Below are positions 22,882-37,138 of a stretch of DNA of 64,000 nt, piece after piece. Every line of letters starts with the position of its first letter. Within the stretch, counting starts at the first letter, position 1. The translations under genes were made by a program, and so were the position numbers. This DNA is from Setoptus koraiensis (lineage: Eukaryota > Animalia > Arthropoda): the NCBI GenBank assembly GCA_048013815.1, contig CM106586.1, forward strand, positions 1,426,001-1,490,000, in the 5' to 3' direction. The notes under the pieces were generated by a model. That model searched no databases. It was not told where the DNA came from and saw only the letters and a program-made list of their open reading frames with translations.

Positions 22882-24864
22882 CTATTTCTTCTTCTTGTAA
22901 GCAAAATAATCGCCGGTTGGGTCCTCTAGCCATGGGTAGTTTTGTGGACATTCGGCGCACGTATGCAATCTAATGGTCTCTCCGGGCAATTCTCTTGTGG
23001 TTAGGGCACATTGATTAGGAGCATTGCAAATATGACTCAATCTAACGTCACATTTCTCTTTCCATGGGGCGAATTTTGTGATGTCGGCCAGTTTTGTTGG
23101 CGACTGCATCCACTGTAACACTTGTGTCATGGTGACAAAATAAACATCCTGTCTTTGAAGGACCTCGTCCATCCACTGAATGAGCGCATCAAGAAACTCG
23201 GGGTTTAATTGTAGCCACGATGCATGAAAGAACAAGCCCAATGGAGCCCTGTTGGTCTTATAATGTCTCTCTAGATTGTGATTGAGAAAATTATAAAATT
23301 GATCGCCTGTCATAATGTTGGCGCAAGCGTCCACCATGGCACAACCCGATTGTGTATCATCGACTGATGGATCGTCGCGACGATCCAATTCATTCATGAC
23401 CATCTCCCAAACCGGATGTGAGCGCGACGGACAACTTTGGCCGTTACCGTGACACCTGTGTGGCATTCTAAAGAACAAGGTGTACGGCCACAAAGGTGGA
23501 TTGCTCAATGGTGCGGTTATTGTTGAATCATACAAGAAAGCCTGTTCTTCCATCATAAAGAATTGATTGTTGCCACCTACACGTAAATAAGGCGCGCGTA
23601 CGCCCACTATAGAGGTGTCAGTAATATTGGCAAAACGTTCTGTTATTAATCTCACTCCGGCCATCTCTTTGGCCCATGTCTCTTGACTGGCGTCTGTCCA
23701 ATACTTTTCATTGTCTTTGTGAGTTATGGAATGAGCTGCAATTTCGTGACCTCGCCTGTGTAATTCCTGAACGGCTGAATAATTTGTATATTTGTGCGAT
23801 ATGAAATAGGTGGCTTTTGTGCTACAATTATTTGGATTGTTTCTGCCCTCCTTGAATAGACGTTCGTATATTTCAATATTATTATTGTTGACCGCATCAT
23901 CGAAACTAATCATCACCATCTGTGGCACAGTGGAAGGCTCCAATTTGCCTGGTATCTGTGTTCCGTCCGGCGAACAAAAACAATCTGGCAAGACGCACTG
24001 TTTCTGGTCACAGGGTGGCGCCCTGTTGGGGTCCTTATCCACCGAACAATCAGTCTCGTCTGATCCGTCCTGACAATCTTGATTTCCGTTACAAAACAAT
24101 GTCTTGTCGATACATTCGGAATTTCCGCAAGCCAGCTTGCCCACTTCGCAAATGGGCTCGTCTGTCGCTAATAGGGGCTTGGCCAATCTCGGCTCTACAT
24201 GGATTGTTGATTGTTAAAGATTGATTGTTGTTTAGTGGCGTTGAACAAAGCGAATGAATTGTTAGGCTTAAACGGTATACTTATTGACTAGTTTACTATT
24301 GTATTGAAATTAAATGTAGATCAACATTCGAACCAATCACTATTGGCTGGTATACTCACTCTCGACCTGTTGACAATTTTTCACATTGTTCCTCCAATCA
24401 CAGGTTTGTTTATCTACATCAAAGGCCAGACCAGATGGACATCGCAATGCCAATAGGCCCTGAACGGAACATCTGACCACATCACGACAATCATCGTCTG
24501 TGGCCAATCGAAAGTATTCACTAGGTGACCGACCCCTGCATAGTTCCTGTTCTTGTTCGTTGACCTCAGTCTGTCTTTTCACTAATCTTGGTGGAGTAGT
24601 TGCTTGTCCGACTATTCATTACGTAAATATTCACGTATCCAAAATGAGTCCGTCCAGTCATTCGGGTTAATTTGGTTGATTTGTTGGGTAAAGAGAAAAT
24701 TGTTAGGACGAATAATTGATATTTTTGATTAATAATAATTACTACTAATATACTTAATATTTTCATATCGAGACCAGTTCACCGAAAGCTCCAAATAAAG
24801 TCAAACTGTAGCATAGCGAGGTCAAGTAAAGTTTAACTTCTCTTTCTTTCAAGTCAGTGTGCAT
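22882..24864 (-). CDS. verm: Group I chitin deacetylase (ChtBD2-LDLa-CDA), vermiform/CDA2-like; exons 24864-24783, 24611-24360, 24194-22882
   Basis: ChtBD2 CPSGLAFDVDKQTCDWRNNVKNC, LDLa CIDKTLFCNGNQDCQDGSDE, catalytic ISFDDAVN, HEIAAHSITH, RAPYLRVGG. An in-frame upstream ATG at 24981 is an alternative start. Confidence 0.9.
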
Positions 24865-26546
24865 GCAATACTTTTGTATATACCTTTGGTATATATAAAT
24901 ATATGTGCAGCATATGTATCTATATATACAAACGTAAGTCACTTGCCGCTGTTGACAAAAACTTGTTTTGCAACTGACCATCGTAAAGCATCGTTATACA
25001 ACTTTTATGAGTATTTGAGATAATTGCAAGTGCAAGTAACGCAATCTTGAGATAAGACTAAAAATACAATTTTTTTTAGTGTTTGTAATGGTTCGGTCAA
25101 GGATGATTGTATGATGCATTTGATTTCAATATCGCTCAATAGTTACTAATCGACTACAGTCAATATATCATAATTGTCGACAAATATTCTAATAATCCGA
25201 GCCATGGACAACTCATCTATCTGATCTATCTTGAGATACTGTTCTGAATATAACAAAGTTAACTATCGTCTATTCTAATTGAGTCCAGTCAGTGGTTCTA
25301 ATTGTCTTATATAAACAAACGCGTAACTTTTGATTCGACAGCAATCGAACAGTTCGACGAAATTATTATCATTTCAGCAATCTATTATACGCAATTATCT
25401 ATCTTCTATAAGGTGATCTAATTATTCAGCTCTAGCTCCCCGAGATTGGATGTTCGCATTTATGGGGTACAATAAGACAGAATAGTGATGACGCTTAATA
25501 GCAATAGATCTGCTACTCACTAATAGTTCTCGCGGAGAAATGTGTGCATATTTGTTTGCAATCTAAGAATAACAATGATTACCCCGTGAGCACTATTAAT
25601 CACGGATCTCATTATAAGTTGGACTAGCTAGTTATTTTGATGATTGAAGGATTCTATTCAAATAAGTGTGCAAATAAATATGCGTCATTGTCGAGCTTCA
25701 GACTAGTGTCTCTGCGTAATTTATAACTTGAGTTGTTGCGAGAATCGAGGTCAACTGTTGGAGTCTGATAATGAATGGATTGTCGAATGGACAGACATGA
25801 CTTATTTTAACATATTATCATGTTATATGATGCAGTGTATACTAACCTTTTGAGTAAGCGATAAACACAGCTAGAGATATTGGCACTATGAATAAAATCC
25901 ATTTTTGAGCACTTGTTTTCATCTTGATCTGTCGTAACAATTGCGCGCAATATACGTATTGTGTTGAATTTTCAATAATTAGTTTATATGATATAGTTAC
26001 TTAAAATGCATTGCATCATAGAATGATTGTTGAATGGTTAGAATTCAAAGAATTGTCATCAAAATTAAAGAACCAACCTTTGAGATGGTGAGATGAATAT
26101 GTGAGTTGAGTGATCTGAGGCCACTGTGTGCCTATTATTGATTATATTTAGCCAATCTATTATCTAATTAATATCTGGTCTACTGTTTGTTGGGCACAAG
26201 TGAATCGGTAAATTGATGTCAGTAAAGATGAGCTATCCCTACTATACTCTATCTTGTGTGTGTTGTAACTGGACTACCTCTCTGAGAAATATTGGTACCG
26301 ATTAAGCTCGAAATAATATTGATTTACTTTTAAATTGTTGTTTGTTAGTTCGTTTATTGTAGGTACCAACTGAAACTAACCTGATCTCGTAAGCTGCTAC
26401 TGCCAACAACAACTACAACAGATGGTATTTTTAGATGATAATGATTTAGCATTTGTCTGTGTGCACTGCTGCCGTTGATGGCGATGATGTTCAAGGACTT
26501 GACGTTTTAGACTGGACTATTATTATTATCACCTATATTGCATCAT

Positions 26547-26548
<2 letters not shown>

Positions 26549-26596
<48 letters not shown>

Positions 26597-26614
26597 GTGT
26601 GTGCGTGTGTGTGT
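26549..26614. repeat. (GT)n microsatellite
   Basis: gtgtgt run with two gc interruptions. Confidence 0.95.
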
Positions 26615-26925
26615 AGACTAGACTTGCATTAGCCATTGGCTAAATGAACCAAGTGTTAGCTTGGCAAGAGAGAAAGAGGGAGAGAGATGGCTCAAGTGGA
26701 AGGTCGTCGTCAGCGTCAGTTGTATGTGTTGTAGAAACTCATCTCCTCACTTACTCTACTGAAAGAACTTCCAGATAAAACTTTCATATATGATAAAAAG
26801 ATGCGCCTAAGAATCGCCAGTCGCTAGTCATTCAGTTAGCTAGCCAGCGAGAGAGAATTGACTATTTGCAAAACACTTGCACCAGTTTCGCTTTTCCATC
26901 GCCATCATCATCACAATAACGCAGC

Positions 26926-26928
<3 letters not shown>

Positions 26929-26966
<38 letters not shown>
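26929..26966. repeat. (TC)n microsatellite
   Basis: tctctc run. Confidence 0.95.
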
Positions 26967-26968
<2 letters not shown>

Positions 26969-27645
26969 CCTCTCGGCGGATAGCAACAGTGGGCGGCTCC
27001 CCCACTTCTATTCGGCTCCGAACAAATAGAACTCGGCAGATTCGAATTTCAATCGTCATTCTTCTTGCTGCAGATCTGTTACATTACCTGTGAGTCTAGG
27101 TAGTGGCAAGCATCATGGGCAGCCCTTCAATTTGTTGCTCGCTGCAGCTTTACTGCAGCCAAAGCAGCCACTTGTATTCAAACTAAAATGATCAATATAT
27201 TGAGAATATATCCAATATTCTCAATGGGCGACAACGCACCTGCCAACTTCTCAAGCGAGAGTGCTAGCCTCACCTGGACCATTTCGGCCACTCCAGCAAA
27301 CTTACTATCAGAGACTGACACTTACACTACTAGCCCACACTTATTATTTAACACTATGATAACACTAGCATGCAAGGGTATGCTTAATGTTTGACTTAAC
27401 TCGATAGAAGCCTCTTCTTTTCGCTAACTCAGCGCCGCTTGCTGCGTCTTGCCGTTTCTTTGGCAAGCTAGCTGGCGAGAATAACGTCACACACACTTGC
27501 CCGCTCTGTCTATCTTGTTTACTCTCCCTGTTGCTGTTGCTCATTACAGCAACAACAACAACAGACGCTGCTAACAAGGGTACACGCTCGCTTGTTACAT
27601 AATGTTGATATTCATTGCGACTTCAACAGGTCTCTAATGACGAAC

Positions 27646-27761
<116 letters not shown>

Positions 27762-29178
27762 CTATGCTTCTTGAAGTTACTGCACTGTTGACCTGATTAT
27801 ATCATCATCATCTTCTTCTTCTTCGCCTTAATGTTACTCTCGCCACTCTCGCTCGCTCACTTGCTTGTTTGCTCACTCTCTCGCCTTTCATAAACTTCTT
27901 CCAAGTTATATTATCACTGTTTTCAGCTTTAGTCAAATCTAGTTAACTAAAGAGAGATCTCAATCTTGAAACTTGGTCTCTCTTCGTTCGTTATCACAAG
28001 CTAACTAATAGTGACCTGGTTACACAACAACAACAGCAGCAACAACAACAATATAATCTGAGCTCATTCTACATGGACTCGCAATCGACAGACTCCTTGA
28101 AACACTAGCCAACTTGTGTTATATAATTCTTTGTCCAAGACACAAAGTGCCAGCAGTAGAAGTGGTTACTTTTGTTGCCGTTGTTGTTGCTGCGTCAAGC
28201 CAGAAGAAGTAAAGTGGCTGCAACAAAGAACGTACCTGTCCAATGTTTATCAACCAAAAATCGTTTGTTATGTAACTTACTAACTATGCACACATAATTT
28301 AACGCTTCAATAACGTGGGAATCTCTAATATATTTCCTATTTCGTAGATTACCTACCGTGGTATTTGTTACAGTCGCTGCTGCGGTATTTAATTGGTCAG
28401 TAATTGGTTTCCTAACACTAAAGACATAACAACAGGTTGTCTCGTAACTATCAATATCAACTGACTTGACAATGCTTATGCACTCGACTGACCACGCTCA
28501 ATTGAGATAAGATTTGTTGTTTTCATGTCGCGACAGTTTCCACTCAAGTATCTCTAAAATCACTAGCTTCATTTCGCCTCCGGTTCATGGCCGATTGCGA
28601 CTAGTTTAGTCTGATGCAGAGATAAGAGTTTTTCCGTCAATTGTGAGGCGTTCGATTCTTGACTTCACTACACAAGTAGAGATGAACAACTGCTAGGTAA
28701 ACGACAACTTCTGACTGAAGTTGCCAAAATGATAATCATACATGATACTTGAGCTAGATATTTGTGTTTCGCTGAACTAAAATAAACACCTCTGTCGATC
28801 ACTCTATTATTGACCTTGTCTCGTGTCATCACTCTATATTTTGTAATCATATTCCCGGAATATATACGATTTGCCAATTCAATATCATAGCCTACGACTC
28901 AATGTGCCACCATGTGAAATACATAAGAATGGAACAAACTATCTTGATGACAATTTTGAAAAAAAAAAAAAAATGAAGCACAAATTAACATCTAACATTC
29001 TAAGTGTTGTCAATGGCTCATTGACTCGCCACCTTTTTGCTTGCGCACAAATCTAGATAGAGTCTAAAATGGTAGCCAAGCTCGAATTTGGCTGGATAAT
29101 TAGAAAAATCCAATATAGAATTTTATCCATCTTTTTATTATTACGAGAAACCTGTTTTATCTGGCTCATTAACATTAT

Positions 29179-31501
29179 TCAGTGCACAGTCATGTATAGT
29201 TTTTCTTTTCCTTTTGATCTTCTATTGTTATTTCGAAACAAATAGTTGAATTGAGGAGAATTCTTTCTATCTTCGATACTCAATGATCCAGCTTTGATTG
29301 TCATATGTGACAATATCCAATCTATCTTGGTGGATACTCTAGAATACAAAGTGGCCGTGTATCGCACCCCACAATAACCGCCAGCAAAATTTGTATCAGA
29401 ACCGGAACTAGTCAACCCATGAACCGTCCATCTAGTGTCGTGTTTATTAGATATTTGCGCTCCACTAGGCACAGTCAAATCCATATTATTTGCTGACATC
29501 TCGGTTATACCCTTAAGACCCGATTTGTCGATCGGTGCTACAAATTGGTAATCGTCATCATAGTCATCGTCTGATTCATCATAAGTCATGCTGTGCACCG
29601 AGTTGGTGCTATGAGCTGAGGTATTACCGCTTGCAAGTTGGTTAACATTGATGATTATTTCACCATTTTCGGTAAATCTACTGGCCGGGGGACCGTTGTG
29701 TTTACTATCGGCAGTAGATTGATGATTGGCTTGGCAGTTAGTATCTTGAGCGTGCATTGAATTGATTGTATCATCTTGGTCAACTGAATCTTGGCAATAC
29801 AAGGGACCGCCACTATCACCATGGCAAACACCTTCAAGGTTGCGGCTTTTCACGCAAATCTGACTATGATCGTTGATAGAAATATCTGAGAATTCACTCT
29901 TGCATTCATCCTCATGAGTGATTTTTTGTTCCACTTGCTTCAACAAAAAACTGGCCCCACTTCCTCTGGTTATCCCCCATCCAGATGCAAAGCAAAGTCG
30001 GCCAGACTTGAGAGGTTCGTCCATGTTAGGTAGACAGGCTGGCCAAACGTTTTTAGTTAGCTGTACAGGAGCATTGAGCCTAACCAGGGCTATATCATTC
30101 GTTATCTCATATCCTCTGTGTCCGAACAATCGAGTATTTTGGACATCTATATCACCGGGAAAAATGTCTATAGATGACGCATAACGAGTTTGTATGTGAC
30201 TGGAGCCGTCTATCAACTTGTCTCTACTCGGATTCAATAGATCATGAGCACCAAAGTGAAATTTGAAAAAATTCAAAGTCCATGGCGACGAGAAACAATG
30301 GGCCGCGGATAAAACATACAGAGGATGTATCAGGATGCCTCCGCAAATATGTGACAATGGTTCTATATGTAAATGTTGAATGTCAACCTGAGACGGCCAA
30401 GACCATTTGATCGCACTTTCGCCGCCAACAATTCGCGAGCTCAATCCATCGCTATTTATGGGCTCAAAATAACTCAAACCACATTTGTAATCCGTTCTAT
30501 ATGGTATCGAGGGTAAGTTTGGGCACTCAGCTGAGCTGTCTTCATCGGAGCCATCGTTGCAATCATCCGCATGATTACAAACTAGACGACTGTCTATACA
30601 TCGCCTGTTTCTACACCGGTACTCGTTATCTCGGCAACCGCTGATGGAAGTTGAATTGGCTTGTAAAAATTCAAATTTTATTTTGAATCCTCGTTGTCCG
30701 AGACTCAGGTCATCAGTGTAAAAATGTAACCGTAAGCGGCTGACACGAGCTAGGATGGGTTGAGGTATTGTGGCGCCACAAACGCCGTAGAACTTTGCGT
30801 AAGCTAGACTCTTCCCCTCATCGGTACCATTCTGGTCGAGTTCTCTCCGGGGGTTAAGGGTGTTGAAAATCGATTTACGGACTTCATCTGCAGATAACGT
30901 TGTTGCAGATCTCACTAAATCCGAAACATGAAAATCATCATATAGACGACCTCTAGGTGAAACTTTTATACCATTCTCTTTACTGGTAGCTACATCTTGT
31001 TCGTGTTCCTTCTCCTCCTTAGGTAGATCTATTATTTGTTCCAAGTCAAGACCGTCTTGCTCGCATGCGTTGCTTAGCTCTATGTCCAGATCAAGGAACT
31101 GAATTTTGATCGAAGTTATCTGTTGTATAGTTAAAGAAATGATTTTGTTTTTATCAATATAACATACTGTATGTATTTCAAATGTTTATTATTTTTTTTT
31201 TCACTAATTAATTGATGCGGATTTGTGTGAATACCTGAGGATTGTCTGATTCTATAGATAGAAAACTATCAATTCCCTCTGGGTAGGGATCTGGATAATT
31301 CGGTGATGTTACAATGCCAGATTGTACACAAGAATCATAACGAATTGTAGTAGATTGTTGATTCATTTGCCATTCTTGCAATTTCTCACTTTTGTAACAA
31401 CCTGTTACTTGTTGTGAATTGTCTTTTGCTGACACTGATCCGCAGATAACAAAATCAACCAGGTTGGCTGCGAAAAGACAAAGACACAACACACCAATCA
31501 T
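29179..31501 (-). CDS. Secreted CUB-LDLa-trypsin-fold serine protease; exons 31501-31235 and 31119-29179
   Basis: Signal peptide MIGVLCLCLFAA, CUB (SGIVTSPNYPDPYP...RLHFYTD), LDLa (CIDSRLVCNHADDCNDGSDE), activation site R|IVGG, triad LSAAHC / NDIAL / GDSGGP. Confidence 0.92.
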
Positions 31502-32701
31502 AGTGATTTTATCTACGGAGACACAATATGATCGCAGTAAAATAGACACCTTCTTTTGGCCTCTTATCACGAATGACCATGTTTGACATAAAAATATCAA
31601 GTCTAGACAGACAGATATATTGTGATGATTTGCAACGCTGCTGTGTCACTTCCATTGACGTTCTTAACAGGTCCAACGATTGTCATGCTCAATCTAATAT
31701 AATTTTGTTATTTCGTCAACTATTGCGCTAGCTAATGCTAGTTAAATGAAAGGCACCAAGCAAAGAATATTCACGTTGTTGCAATGACATGATAACATTT
31801 TCAAACAAATCAATGACAGCAATCAACAGACTCACACCAAGTCGACTAGAATGCCGTAATGCCATTTATTGATGCCGCTGATCTGTTCGAAAAATTACCA
31901 CAACATTGTTAACATTTGTTACTCTATATTAGACGGAATCCTCATGTGACATTTGTCTTAAATTGTATAGCGTAATGTTTCGCGTTCACTGATAAAAGGA
32001 GGATTCTCTGTATTAGATCCTGATCATGTCCGGTATCTTATTGATTATTAGTTGTTGTCTACGTAAATTCTCCTCTGTTTTAAAAATAGTGCAACCAGTG
32101 TAACGGCTTTTTCTCTCTCTTCGAAGCATCCTTGTGCCAGTTTTCACACCATCTATCGCAACCACCAACAGATTGATTGTAATTGCATCTGTTGTATCTC
32201 ATCGATTCATGGTCGTGGTTGGAACGCGACAAGTGTGAGGGTGAAATAGTCCTTTGTTCAATCTTCAGTCGATAAATCAAGGAATAAAATGAAGTCTATC
32301 ACATGTATAATAGAACATCCACTACAATACATTTCTATAAAGTAGATTGTTGATTGATTAGATCATTCCTATCAGATAATAGTGAGATAATAATCACTAG
32401 GAGTCTATCTGATTAATGGCACGCATACAATACAACCCCCAAAAGTTACCACGATATCAATAGTATCTTTATCAAAATAATTAATATTTTTGGTGGTACC
32501 CTCCTTGTTTGTTAAAACCTCCGTTACTTAGGTGCAAAAATTCAATGATCACCATTGTTATAATAATTGATACTAATTCATATATGTACATAATAATAAG
32601 CTCTTTCGTAGACAAAATTCTGAGCTAAATCCGCTAGATAAAAACGAATGATCAAATATTTGACATAGTTCATGGTTTCCATTTTATTGATGTCACTACA
32701 A

Positions 32702-34715
32702 CTAAAGCCAAACCATAATACCTAACAGTATGCTAATGATTGTCCAAATGAACTCTGATGGACACAATAGTGTAACTTCCGCTACTGGGTAATCCCACAT
32801 AAATGATGAAAATGTTAACGCCGCGATTAATAGAGAAACACCTTTCAACGATAAGTCAACCATCCTGGCTCTAATTATGAAAGACACAAATTAAAAAGTT
32901 GTTGTTAAGTAACCACAAAATGTAATCTGATCGAACTAATTCGATGAAATCGAACGTAAGAATGTGACGTAATACTCACTTTGCAACGAGTTTTCGATCG
33001 GATTGCAATCCTTTGAGGTCTTTCTTGAGAAGGAAACGCCTGGAGCTAAATGAGAAATCATACCAAGATGATTGCCAGTGCATCTTACTCAGATCCATAG
33101 ATCGCAATTGTCGTTTGTCTGTATCATTAAGTGACTTGTACAAATCTTCCATATTGTCTGTCTTAAATTGCCACTGATTGCAGGTGAAATGAGCTAAGAC
33201 ATTTACAGATTCATCTAATCTTTTATAGTTTCTGGCGAATATTTTCTTTTGACCCAAGACTGCTGAGACTAGATCCAATAGAAGCGCAACAAGCGTATGC
33301 GAGAAAAATCTGATAACTCTTACATAGTTACTGTTGCTGCAATAAATTGTTCTTGGATACCTAAGAAGCCTTCCAGATTGCAAAGTCGAAGAGCATGTTG
33401 TGAACATATTGTCCGCGGCATCTCGCCATAAAAGTTTGTTGTGTCTACCCGAGGTACAATGATAAACTTTGTGATGACGGCCTTCGACTGGTTCATTTGT
33501 ACTAGTATTTTCACTATCTTCCAACGTTTTATTGTTTGTTACATCTAGCCAACGGCTGACGTTTGTTGCTTCCGGTTTCTGATTGGTTTTTGTTGTCGCT
33601 TCAAAAAAATTAGACAAGCTTATTGAGTCATGGTCCATTTTTGACGATTTATTTGTAACCTGATGCCAAACAGCACTGATCATAGTGCTGATACACGAAT
33701 CCACTGGAACCAAATCAACTTGTTTCGTTTTGTCCAGCTGCATTATGCGAAGCATACCTGTCGCTTGAGCGAGCGCAACTCCAGTCACACCATAATAATT
33801 GTCCACCCAACCTCTTATTGGTTCGCGCCATGACGGCATCACAATCGAGGGCCTGACGATAACAATAGGTAAATCACAACCATCTACTGCTAATAGCTTC
33901 TCTGCTAGTGATTTTGTGTAGGTATAGGTATTTGGTTTTCCCTTCAGATAATGCGACTCCAACAATTTTGCGTCAGCGTCATCGATGCAATCCACCAATG
34001 TCAGCATCTTTTCAGGGTCTTCTTCCACCGGATACAGTCGCTCTTCGATTAACTGGTGTCCATCGATAATATCCGCATTCACATAGGCGGTGGAAACGTG
34101 ACACAAACATTCGAGATTCTTCAGGTTTCGTGCCAATCTTATGACACTCTTAACGCCGCCAACATTCATTTGAATGGCCCTCCTCAGAGGCTCATTGAAT
34201 TTAACCGTCGCAGCTAAATGAAATATAATTGTTAAACTTTCATCTCTAATTAGTGTTTGCCAGTCTGTGTCGTTGATGCCCAGTCGTGGCAATGATACAT
34301 CGCCCGCTATACACTTGATTTTGTCGGTAAGCAACTTCTCGAGTAGATGCTGAGCGTCATTGTCCTGATTGGCCAATTTCGATTTCAACCTGTCAAATAT
34401 GGGCGATGTGACTATCTGCTCTTTGAATCTTTGCTCCACCGATCTATCCCTCTTCGCTCTGATGAGTATATAAATATGTCTGATGTCGTCATATTGCCAC
34501 AACAGTTTCTCAAGCAATGCTTTGCCAAGAAAACCTGTAGCTCCTGTTATAAATACACTCTTATTAGCATAAAATTCACAGATGGAGGGCATTTTTCTCA
34601 ATGGTGATCTAACTATGCATAACTCCTTGCTATGTGTTGATACAGTTTTCATATATTGAGCTTCGGGGCACTTTGTTTCATAGCTGTTAATAGATTGAAT
34701 CTTGAACGAGGTCAT
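32702..34715 (-). CDS. Fatty acyl-CoA reductase; exons 34715-32980 and 32870-32702
   Basis: Rossmann motif ITGATGFLGK, IFHLAATVKF, YTYTKSLAE (YxxxK), IVRPSIV; intron AA|GTGAGT...TAATTAG|A adds a hydrophobic C-terminal exon. Confidence 0.93.
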
Positions 34716-35860
34716 TGTGTTGGTTTTCTCTTGATTGAAGTTTTAGTTAAGTTCCTTGAGGTACGCCGCATATCATCGAGCACCCCTTAGCATCGCACAA
34801 ATGAAGGTTGTACTCATTCGTCCGTCTGATTATATAATATATCTGGAAGTTTATGGTGCTCATCAGTGGACCCTTATACCAATGAACTGAACAAGATGCA
34901 ATAATAAGTGACGATGTAGATCAAGCTAAGAAGTTCTGTGAATCACTTTCTTCTGAGTATCAACTCGAATCTCTCATGGCTAGTGTCTGCTGAGACCTGT
35001 TTTTATCACAGATTAAACATCAGAAGGAAGACTTGTCTCTTTTGTCTATATTTAGTCGGACTTGAAACTGTTCTCATAGAGTATAGTCAGCGAATAAAAG
35101 AATTTAAAGAGTGAATTAAGAGCATGCGGTTGCAAATTTATTTATTTTAAGTAGCGATAACAGTATTTATTCTTAGCAAAATTCATTCGTTTGATATTGA
35201 AATATTTATTGGATTATCTGAACATGTACGAGAGTAGCCACTTTCTAGTTGAATTGCGGACAAACAACAAGCTCTTGTCTGCCCGCCTTTTTGACGCTCA
35301 GCTCAAAACGGTACCTTGAAAGAGAAGAAATATCAACTTTTCATGGCCTTTTACTTGTTTCGAAAGTCAGTATTACTGCTCACAAACCATCCCGCTATAC
35401 TTTCTCAATGCCGGTCAGATAAACTCTAATTTAGAACGTGCCAGCACTATCACGGAAAACCAGAAGGACAATAAAATGCTATTCATTCTTCCTCCTTCTG
35501 TCTTGATCGTTTTTCATGCGGACTCTTTGTTACGCAATTGAAAAATAATAAATTATTCAGAGATTTGCTTGAGCATAAAAGGATCAGATAATCTAATCGC
35601 TTGGCCGTCAGACTTTTTTTCGCAATCCCGTCAATCAAGTTGAATCCGACATTGGAATGATGGGTAACGTTAGGCGGTTATATTTATGGATAATTAAGCC
35701 GGAGATTAGGTTTGATACCATCGAAAGCAACGGTGAACGACAATCGCAATATGTGAATACAAAGAGTCATTATTAGAAATGTTTATCACCATCATTGTAA
35801 GAGGCGGTTGTTTGGATGTAAGTCGGGACGCGCTGAAATCGGCGATTAATTGTGTGAATA

Positions 35861-36410
35861 ATTCGTAAATTGAGGTATTTATAAGTTATTTACTTTAAAA
35901 TTTGATTTTCATTTCACCACTATGATTGACATTTGATCTCAACCATCTATTCTTAGTTTTCTAAATTTTAAAATAATCACAATAGGTCGTCAAACGCCGA
36001 GCATATGTTCTAGTGATAGAAGAACAATAAATTGGACTATGGACCTCCATCGTGATGAGTCTTTTTCCTCTTGACCCTTCTGATACTTGTGTCCCGACGT
36101 AGACGTATTTTAGTCGGAGTTCTTAATAGCGTACCCAGATTCTTGTTTGCTCTTTTGGTTTCACCATTCTTCGTGTGAGCGTGAGCTTGGTCTCCAATAG
36201 TAGATTTGGTTGTTACAGGTGATTGTAGAAGTTGCTTGATTTGTTGAAATTCATCCTTGATACTTGCATGCTTCCTGGGTGATGTCCTAATAATTTTTTT
36301 GCGGCCCCGTAGCCTGATAATTTGTTCATCTGGTGACACTGAGGTAGGCGATGATGGGCTCATTCTTATGTTGTCATTTTGTTGGTTGTCACTTTCCATG
36401 GCAAAAAGTG
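35861..36410. repeat. ~550-bp local duplication, copy B
   Basis: Matches 20947-21500, including an orphaned copy of the PSME3 last intron and exon (GTCGTCAAACGCCGAGCATATGTTCTAG). Confidence 0.95.
36037..36399 (-). CDS. Orphan basic protein, copy B (120 aa from ATG 36399, MESDNQQ...)
   Basis: Paralog of 21123-21449; the ORF-track start at 36528 is a GTG. Confidence 0.5.
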   Translation of the reverse strand: MESDNQQNDNIRMSPSSPTSVSPDEQIIRLRGRKKIIRTSPRKHASIKDEFQQIKQLLQSPVTTKSTIGDQAHAHTKNGETKRANKNLGTLLRTPTKIRLRRDTSIRRVKRKKTHHDGGP

Positions 36411-37138
36411 TTGAAAATTTGCATACAATAAAACATCCAAGAGTTACTAAAATGTCAGTGATGTCCTTAGTAAAATAAGATCTACAATAAATATCCACGA
36501 TCTCAACAAGAGATATTTTTGGTTTCACCTTCGTTCAACTAGACTTTTTCGGGGTCAAGCAATTCATTGTTGATGATGAAAATAAAACCTTTGTTTTCAC
36601 TATCGCCATCTACCCTCGGAGCGGTCAAAATGTACAATAGTATGTCACTTTTGCTTATCTTCTATTGTTGGAGCGAAACGTGCCACAGGATCTGTACCAC
36701 AGATGGCAATCGCAGATGAAATCACTGGAAAATAAGCGGGATTGCAAGATTTTTTGTTTGGACCAACAAGCGCGAGAATCGAAAATGATCAACTGTTTTT
36801 TCTTTCACCAATCTTTTTATTATTATTGATTATTATTGTCTTACATGTCTTGTTAGGTAATATTTGGTTGTTATATAGTGAATATACAACCTGAAGAGGT
36901 ATTGTAGTGGTTGCAAGAAGAATCGTGTCTGATATAACCAGGACTAGTTTCGAGGCATTTGACCATGCAGTTGGGTTGTGTCTTTCGGCCTGCCTTTGAA
37001 AACACACTCTCGCATTATGTAATCACTTTTAAAGCAAGGTGCTTACCACCATCTTCAGATGAACAGTGCATACCAATATTGACGAGACCATGAAACGGTC
37101 AACATAAACCACAGAACATCAAAATTGGACATGACATT

